Below, one piece after another: positions 57,366 to 64,000 of a stretch of 64,000 nucleotides of DNA. Below the pieces are notes generated by a model. It did no database searches. It saw nothing but the letters and a program-made list of their open reading frames with translations, and was not told where the DNA came from. Every line of letters starts with the position of its first letter. The stretch's first letter is position 1. Origin of the DNA: an uncultured archaeon (GTDB taxonomy: Archaea > Asgardarchaeota > Lokiarchaeia > Sigyniarchaeales > SOKP01); the NCBI GenBank assembly GCA_964632315.1, contig CAZWEM010000010.1:43333-107332 (forward strand). Reading direction: 5' to 3'. A program made the position numbers and the translations under genes.

Positions 57366-59594
57366 TTAAACAAATAATCGATCTTCTTTTGATTTTTCAA
57401 TAATTCTTGTTTTTAATTTCTCCCCAAATTGAGCATACCATTTTAGCATCTCGGGTGTGATACTCGGATTAACCGCCTCTCGAGCAAGTTTAAAGTGTTC
57501 AAGCGTGACTTTTCTTGCCCTCACATTCTCTCTAAGAGCTATCATTGCAGCTTCCCTACATAATGATTCAATATCGGAACCTGAAAATCCTTTAAGCCTT
57601 TCATTTATTTTTTTCACAGTTACATCATTTGCTAGTGGCATATTCTTTGTAAATATTTTAATGATTTCTTCTCTACCTTTTTCATCAGGATCTGGTACCA
57701 ATAATATTCTATCAATCCTTCCTGGTCTAATTAAAGCAGGATCCAATATATCAGGTCTATTAGTTGCGGCAATTACAACAATATCCTTCTTAATTTCTAA
57801 ACCATCTAATTCTGTTAAAAATTGGGAGAGTACTTTTTCTGTTACTCCTGAATCAGAAGTATATCGGCCTCTACTGGGGGCAATTGAATCAAATTCGTCA
57901 AAGAAAATGATGCATGGAGCTGCCAATTTTGCTTTACGGAAAACTTCACGAATTGCCTTTTCGCTTTCCCCAACATATTTTGAAAGTAATTCTGGACCTT
58001 TAACTGAAATGAAGTTAGCTTTACTTTCATTTGCTACAGCTCTTGCCAGTAAAGTTTTACCACATCCAGGTGGTCCATAAAGAAGTATTCCTTTTGGAGG
58101 AGTTATCCCCATCCTTTCAAAAATTTTAGGTTGGGATATGGGCCAATCAACTGCTTCAATAAGCTTTTGTTTTAATTCCTCTAATCCTCCAATTTGCTCC
58201 CATTTAACATTTGGTACCTCTACAAAAACTTCTCGAATACCTGAGGGAAGTACTTCTTTCATTGCATTGTCAAAATCTTCTTTAGTCACTTCAATCTGTT
58301 CTAATAGGTCTGGATCAATAGTGTCAGATTCCAAATTTATTTTTGGTAAGTATCTTCTTAAAGCGGACATTGCAGCCTCAGTACAAACTGCAGATATGTC
58401 TGCTCCGACAAATCCATGAGTAATATTAGCAAATTCTTTCAATGAAATCTTTTTATCTAAAGGCATATTACGGGTATGAATTTGAAAAATTTCTCGTCTC
58501 CCTTTTTCATTTGGGACCTTTATTTCAATTTCACGATCGAATCTTCCTGGTCTTCTAAGTGCGGAATCCAGGCTATTTGGTCTATTAGTTGCTCCTATAA
58601 CAATTACTCTCCCTCGACTATGTAGTCCATCCATTAATGCGAGTAGTTGAGCAACAACTCTTCTTTCAACTTCTCCCGTTACTGTCTCTCTTTTAGGAGC
58701 AATTGCATCAAGTTCATCTATAAAAATGATGGATGGGCTCTTTTCTTCTGCTTCAACGAATAATTTGCGTAATTTTTTCTCAGATTCGCCATAAAACTTA
58801 CTCATTATTTCTGGGCCATTTATTGATATAAAATGAGCCTCACTCTCATTCGCAACTGCCTTGGCTAATAATGTTTTTCCGCAACCAGGGGGGCCTCTTA
58901 AAAGCACTCCTTTCGGTGGATCAATACCTAATCGTTTAAATAATGAAGGATGTCGCAAGGGCAATTCAACCATCTCCCTCACACGTTGGATTTCTCTATC
59001 TAAACCTCCAACATCCTCATATGTAACATATTCTGGTCCCCGTTCTTCATCTTCAGTTACTGCCTCGCTGATGTGAAGTTGTGTATCATTTTTAATCAAA
59101 CAGATTCCATTTGGTCGGATGCTGATTACCTTAAATGCAATTTCTCTACTAATCCCTATAGAAATATAAATAAAATCATCCATTGTTACAGGGTAATTTA
59201 GAAGTCTTCTTTTAACAAAATTCTCAAAACGAGGATTAGTTCTTATTTTAACACTAGAGGGAGCTAATACTATATTTTGTGCAGTTTGAGCAGTTACTTT
59301 TCTAAGTTCAATATTATCATCGATATTTGTTCCCGTATTTTTCCGAAGTCTTGAATCAATACGAATTATTCCTAAACCACTGTCTTGGGGATAACTCGGC
59401 CAAGCAATCCCTGCACTCTCTTTCTTTCCTAATAAAGCAATTACATCTCCAGTTTTAATGCTCAATTTTTCCATTGTTTTCTGATCAATACGCACAATGT
59501 TCCTTCCAATATCTCTCTTCTTTGCCTTTTGGACCCTGAGAATTAATTTTGATTCACTATTTTTCTCTCCGTTCTTGTTGTCTTTTACTGTCAT
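57366..59594 (-). CDS. cdc48: CDC48/VCP family AAA+ ATPase
   Basis: N domain plus two AAA modules (GPPGCGKT twice, IFIDE/IFFDE, ATNRP..LD.AL.RPGR). Confidence 0.97.
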   Translation of the reverse strand: MTVKDNKNGEKNSESKLILRVQKAKKRDIGRNIVRIDQKTMEKLSIKTGDVIALLGKKESAGIAWPSYPQDSGLGIIRIDSRLRKNTGTNIDDNIELRKVTAQTAQNIVLAPSSVKIRTNPRFENFVKRRLLNYPVTMDDFIYISIGISREIAFKVISIRPNGICLIKNDTQLHISEAVTEDEERGPEYVTYEDVGGLDREIQRVREMVELPLRHPSLFKRLGIDPPKGVLLRGPPGCGKTLLAKAVANESEAHFISINGPEIMSKFYGESEKKLRKLFVEAEEKSPSIIFIDELDAIAPKRETVTGEVERRVVAQLLALMDGLHSRGRVIVIGATNRPNSLDSALRRPGRFDREIEIKVPNEKGRREIFQIHTRNMPLDKKISLKEFANITHGFVGADISAVCTEAAMSALRRYLPKINLESDTIDPDLLEQIEVTKEDFDNAMKEVLPSGIREVFVEVPNVKWEQIGGLEELKQKLIEAVDWPISQPKIFERMGITPPKGILLYGPPGCGKTLLARAVANESKANFISVKGPELLSKYVGESEKAIREVFRKAKLAAPCIIFFDEFDSIAPSRGRYTSDSGVTEKVLSQFLTELDGLEIKKDIVVIAATNRPDILDPALIRPGRIDRILLVPDPDEKGREEIIKIFTKNMPLANDVTVKKINERLKGFSGSDIESLCREAAMIALRENVRARKVTLEHFKLAREAVNPSITPEMLKWYAQFGEKLKTRIIEKSKEDRLFV

Positions 59595-59686
59595 ATTCGA
59601 TCTACTTCTTCATAAAAAAGATTTTAAGATTATGAATTTTTAATTTTGTAAAAATTTTATTATTTTTTGAGTATATCTCAATTAAA

Positions 59687-60727
59687 TTACAAGAAGTCAC
59701 CTAAAGACACTTGTTTTTTTGAGGAATTTTTCTTCCTTAAACGTTCTAAAGCATTTTTAACTCTTTGTTCTGAAAAATCATGATGTTCAACAAGTAATTC
59801 TTCAACTTTGTCATAGTTCACTTTTTTCCATTTTATTGGAGGATATTCCTTTTTAACATTTGGGTTAAGGAATAAAGATTTTACCTTCTTTACAGTGTCA
59901 ACTTCTAATTCTTGTCCTAGAATTTGGTCTTTTTCCTTAATAATATTTTCAATTGACCCATATTTTTTTATGTAATCTAATGCCTTATGTTGTCCTATTC
60001 CCTTTATCCCCGGATAAAAATCAGTTCCGATTAAAATTCCCATATCTATCAATTGCTCACGAGAAATGCCGAAATTATCGAGGAATTTAGATAATGATAT
60101 GTATTCTATATCTAATGTATCGGTGGTGTCTTTCACCTTCTTCTTTCTGCTAACAGCGAAATTTCTTACTAATCGCTCACATCCAAATAATAATGTATCG
60201 TAATCTTGTGACGCACACGCCCAGGCATCTCCATTATTAACCAAAAAAGCGGATTGCGCTTCTCCCTCAGAACTAGCATCTAAAATAGGAATGCCCATGT
60301 ATTCTAATAATTTCTTACTTTCATTTATCATATTAGTATTCAATTTTGAAGTTAATTGGGCATACTTTTTGGCTTCTTTGAAGTCTTCTTTATCTTGAGC
60401 TTCAACCATTTTTTCTCTAGCATCTTTTTTTATCTCTTTGCGTTCTTTAATCGTATCTAATTTAAGATCTGACGCCTCTCCATCAAAAACATAGATAGGT
60501 TTGATATCATGCTCTAAAAAATTTATATTACGATAAAATAATCCTGAGAGATGCGAAGTAATATTTCCTTGTTGATCCATTAAGGGGGTACCATCAAATT
60601 GGCGAATTATTGCCAGAAATTGGTATAAAGTATTAAATGCATCGATAGCTATTCTTTTATTTAGTAAATTCTCGAACATTATTGGACGTTTTACTTCAGC
60701 TACTAACTCATTAATCTTTATTCCCAT
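59687..60727 (-). CDS. fen: Flap endonuclease 1
   Basis: IDAFNTLYQFL..IR..DG, TSHLSGLFYR, EGEAQ, SQDYD and GTDF motifs; C-terminal PIP box QVSLGDF. Confidence 0.97.
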   Translation of the reverse strand: MGIKINELVAEVKRPIMFENLLNKRIAIDAFNTLYQFLAIIRQFDGTPLMDQQGNITSHLSGLFYRNINFLEHDIKPIYVFDGEASDLKLDTIKERKEIKKDAREKMVEAQDKEDFKEAKKYAQLTSKLNTNMINESKKLLEYMGIPILDASSEGEAQSAFLVNNGDAWACASQDYDTLLFGCERLVRNFAVSRKKKVKDTTDTLDIEYISLSKFLDNFGISREQLIDMGILIGTDFYPGIKGIGQHKALDYIKKYGSIENIIKEKDQILGQELEVDTVKKVKSLFLNPNVKKEYPPIKWKKVNYDKVEELLVEHHDFSEQRVKNALERLRKKNSSKKQVSLGDFL

Positions 60728-60794
60728 AAATTCACCATTTTTCAGTCTTTATATAATAATTTATATTTTTATATTCCACTTATGTTTTGATAAT

Positions 60795-61754
60795 TTATTC
60801 ATTATCTATCTCTAAGTATTCGAAAAGAATTTCAAAATCAGAAAAATCAAATGGTTTCAAGATGTAACCGTCTGCTTTAGTTTCCTCAAGATGTTTTTTT
60901 ACTTCTGAACCAGGAATGGCTGTTAATAAGAAAACAGGGATAACCTTCAACTTCTTGTTAGATTTTATAATCTTACATATTTCATATCCATTATAATCAG
61001 GGAGGATTATATCTAAAAGGACTAACTTAGGCGTATTATTACTTAATTCTTCTAATCCTTTTGTTCCACTCACAACTCCTTGACAAGTAAACCCTTTGCT
61101 GTCAAAATAGCTTGTTAATAACCGAATAGTTGCTAAATCATCTTCAATGAGGAGTATATCATATTGAGAGGTTTCAGTTTTAATATTATCTAAAATGTTT
61201 ATAATTTTGCTTTCTAATAACTGGGATTGCTCAAAAATATTTTGAATGGTGGTTAATACTTCTTCATCAAGCTCTTGTTTAAAATTTTCAAGTAATAATT
61301 GAGAGAATCCTTTAATTGAGGTTAAGGGTTCTTTAAGAGCATGAGAAATGTTGGAAATTGCTTGAGTTTCCATTTGCCGTAGATCCCCATTTATAGGTCT
61401 CGATTTTTTATTAATAAAAAAGTCAACACTTTCCCTGATGAGCTTTGAAAGCGTGTATTTATTTTCCTTTATATAATCATTCCAAGTATTTTTTGTATCC
61501 TCTGAAACGTAAAGAGAGATGCGCTCCTTGTCTCGATCATATATTTTCTCTCCCTTTAACCATTTTTTGAACCCTTCAGTGATTGATCCCCGCCATATGG
61601 CATACTTATCTGTTGCATTTTGATATTGGTACATCAATTCTTTCGCCTCTTTACTCTCTAGATCTAAATTTTCTATTTCCTCATCACTTAAATTTGGAGA
61701 ATCATCAGAATAATCAACATCATCATTGTTTTCATCTTTCACCATGCTCGACAC
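60795..61754 (-). CDS. RHH-HisKA-receiver protein (paralog 1), no HATPase domain
   Basis: ERISLYV...W...LSKLIRESV (RHH), SHALKEPLTSIKG (H-box), IEDD...LDIILPD...LTA...KPF (REC). Confidence 0.85.
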   Translation of the reverse strand: MSSMVKDENNDDVDYSDDSPNLSDEEIENLDLESKEAKELMYQYQNATDKYAIWRGSITEGFKKWLKGEKIYDRDKERISLYVSEDTKNTWNDYIKENKYTLSKLIRESVDFFINKKSRPINGDLRQMETQAISNISHALKEPLTSIKGFSQLLLENFKQELDEEVLTTIQNIFEQSQLLESKIINILDNIKTETSQYDILLIEDDLATIRLLTSYFDSKGFTCQGVVSGTKGLEELSNNTPKLVLLDIILPDYNGYEICKIIKSNKKLKVIPVFLLTAIPGSEVKKHLEETKADGYILKPFDFSDFEILFEYLEIDNE

Positions 61755-61942
61755 CTTTTTTTAGTAAAATAAGATCTTTTTTTGTAAAAAATCGTAATTT
61801 AGGTATTTCTGTGATAAAAAATACCTTCGTTTTATAAAAATTTTCTGCAAAAATGATTTTGTTAATAAAAAAAAAATGAGATCCCATAAAACTATTTATG
61901 TTTTAAAAAATAATCAAGTGAGCGTAGTGTTCAAAAAAAGCT

Positions 61943-62941
61943 TTATGCTCTATGATTTAAAAGGTTAAAGATGATTTCAAAATCTGAAAAGTTAAATGGT
62001 TTCAAGATGTAACCATCAGCATTCGTATCTGTGAGGTGCCTTTTCACTTCTGATCCGGATATCGCCGTTAAAAAGTACACAGGTATAGCATTATATTCTT
62101 TATCTGATTTAATCGTCTTACAAATATCATATCCACTTAAATCGGGTAAAATAATATCGAGTAAAATTACTTTAGGAGTTGTTCTTCCTAACTCCTCCAA
62201 ACCTTTTGAGCCACTTACGACACCTTTACACAGATAACCCCTACTCTCAAATATTCTCGTGATTAACTTAATCGTGGCAACATCATCTTCGATCAAGAGC
62301 ACGTCATAATCATTGGATTGGATTTTTATGTTATCAAGAAAATTTTTTATAATATTCTCAAGTAAATTGCTCTGATCAAAAATATTCTTTATATTCTCTT
62401 TTACGGCATCACTTAACTTATTTCTGTATTCTCCACTTTCCAAAAGTAATTGGGAATATCCCTTGATTGAAGTTAATGGCTCTTTTAAGGCGTGTGAAAT
62501 ATTTGAGATAGTTGTCGAATCTATTCTTGAAAGCTCATCGCTTTTCTTTTTTGAGTCCTCGATAAATGCATTTACCCCATCTCGAATGAGTTTTGAGAAT
62601 GACTTGTACTCATCCTTATTTTCATCAAGAAATTCTTGCCATTCGTCCTTGGTTTTATCCTCAACGTAAAGTGAAATGCGTTCTTTGTCTCGCATGTAAA
62701 TCTTGTCTCCCTTTAACCATTTCTTGAACCCCTCTGTTATTGTTCCACGCCAAATTGCATACTTATCTGTTTGTTCTTGGTATTGCTTCATGTATTCCTT
62801 AGCTTCCTTGCTTTCTAAGTCAAGGCTCTCGATTTCTTCGTCCGATAAATGAGGCTGATCATTCTCTTCTCCATTTACCTCTTTATTCTTCTTTAAACCA
62901 GAAAATTTTTCTTCCTTAGGGTTTTTACTATCGTCGGGCAT
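61943..62941 (-). CDS. RHH-HisKA-receiver protein (paralog 2), no HATPase domain
   Basis: Same architecture and identical core motifs as 60795-61754. Confidence 0.85.
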   Translation of the reverse strand: MPDDSKNPKEEKFSGLKKNKEVNGEENDQPHLSDEEIESLDLESKEAKEYMKQYQEQTDKYAIWRGTITEGFKKWLKGDKIYMRDKERISLYVEDKTKDEWQEFLDENKDEYKSFSKLIRDGVNAFIEDSKKKSDELSRIDSTTISNISHALKEPLTSIKGYSQLLLESGEYRNKLSDAVKENIKNIFDQSNLLENIIKNFLDNIKIQSNDYDVLLIEDDVATIKLITRIFESRGYLCKGVVSGSKGLEELGRTTPKVILLDIILPDLSGYDICKTIKSDKEYNAIPVYFLTAISGSEVKRHLTDTNADGYILKPFNFSDFEIIFNLLNHRA

Positions 62942-63182
62942 TTGTGATTTTTATTGGTTTTCTTTATTTACATTTGAGGATACGAAAAAAAATTTTTTAC
63001 CACAATTAACTACAATTTTTCCAAAAAAATGATATAACTTTAGACTTTTAACATTTTGTTTTCCATTAACTATTTCGTGGAACGCGTATTACAACAAATT
63101 ACTCGGAAAAAATTCCCATTGAGGGTAAGTGAAATTGTGAAAAACCTTCCTCGGACTTTAAATAGTTTAATATCGACAAAAA

Positions 63183-63386
63183 TTGATCCAAATTAAAACT
63201 TTAGGAATGTTTAGGTTGAATGAAGATATTATAAAAACCATCAAAGAACAAACTGGTCTCAGTCAAGATGAGATCATTGCATTTGTTAGAAAGAAAAAGG
63301 CACACTTTCCAGGAATCACTGAGTTTGGCGCACTGATCATTCTCTGCAAGGAATTATGCGTTGAATATATGATTTCAATAATTTGA
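63183..63386 (+). CDS. Small protein resembling the helical N-terminal domain of archaeal RPA/DUF2240 (start may be 63207 or 63216)
   Basis: II..I...TGLS.DEI...V..K......ITE.GAL.I..KEL.V pattern. Confidence 0.6.
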   Translation: MIQIKTLGMFRLNEDIIKTIKEQTGLSQDEIIAFVRKKKAHFPGITEFGALIILCKELCVEYMISII

Positions 63387-64000
63387 TATAGCTCGTTCTT
63401 TTATAATATTATTACTAAAAGAACTCCACATTGATGAGAATTTTGCTGAAAGTAAAAAACTAAAGAAAATCTCGCTATTAATGAGACAATGAAATAATAG
63501 TGACTATGAAAACGTGTGAAATTGACACGTTAAAAGAATTCAACGCCAAATAATGCCAAAGATCGGAATTTGAGGAAAATCTAGATCGATTAAGATATTT
63601 CACTTTAATATATTAAAATATAAACGCAATACCGCATTTCAGAGGAATAAATGACAGCATAAAGCTCAGTAAAATTGAGGCAGGGACAATCGAAGATAAA
63701 ATCTAAAAAAAAATGGATTTTGTCCTTCTCTAAAAACATGAATAGTAACAATTGGTTAGATAATGTTATCACGGGGATACTACTTCTTTTTTTAACTTAT
63801 GACGATCAAACTTTTGTTATAAAAAGTGTTGAAAGATTCACTTTTATTTGTTATAAAAAAATATCAATTGTGTGACATGGCACCCCAATTTGTGCGGAAA
63901 AAAAGTAACATTTAAATATGAATTTATCATTGTTTGTTTTATACCAAAATTGTGTGTGTAAAAAAAGATCAAAATAACTGATTTGTTATCACATAATTTT

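Noticed and set aside
57457-59076. Plus-strand ORFs of 207, 93 and 71 aa within cdc48
   Set aside because: Antisense shadows of a highly conserved gene; the same applies to 23826-24245, 27008-27376, 27791-28231, 38506-38829, 44878-45201 and other short overlapping ORFs
63675-63875. 66-aa ORF near the window end
   Set aside because: TTG start without a clear SD, no recognisable motif and atypical composition; treated as non-coding

Overview
AT-rich archaeal chromosomal segment, almost certainly Asgard (Lokiarchaeia-like). It encodes roadblock, longin and profilin proteins alongside archaeal core genes: SRP54, eIF5A, Nob1, the proteasome-SBDS-exosome-eL43-Pcc1-prefoldin superoperon, KEOPS/t6A genes, a four-subunit 2-oxoacid:ferredoxin oxidoreductase, CDC48, FEN1 and DinB. 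No transposase, integrase or CRISPR array was seen. The strongest signal is RNA splicing. An alpha/beta-hydrolase gene (3041-3719, minus) is interrupted inside its conserved HPHPQ/YGGNM motif by a 31-nt frameshifting insert (3570-3600). The insert folds into a bulge-helix-bulge (BHB) whose predicted endonuclease cuts restore the frame exactly, making it a candidate tRNA-type intron in a non-cbf5 mRNA. Three of the four tRNA genes also carry BHB-type introns, two at non-canonical positions (T-loop 59/60, D-arm ~22/23). Other notable items are three genes that appear to start at ATT/ATA/ATC (one missed by the ORF track), a tandem pair of RHH-HisKA-REC proteins lacking an ATPase domain, a kinase/SCP2/dehydrogenase-aldolase cluster, an RPH-like two-gene insertion in the exosome superoperon, a degenerate TrmY and an AbiEii-like nucleotidyltransferase. 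All calls come from motif recognition by eye; no searches or folding programs were run.
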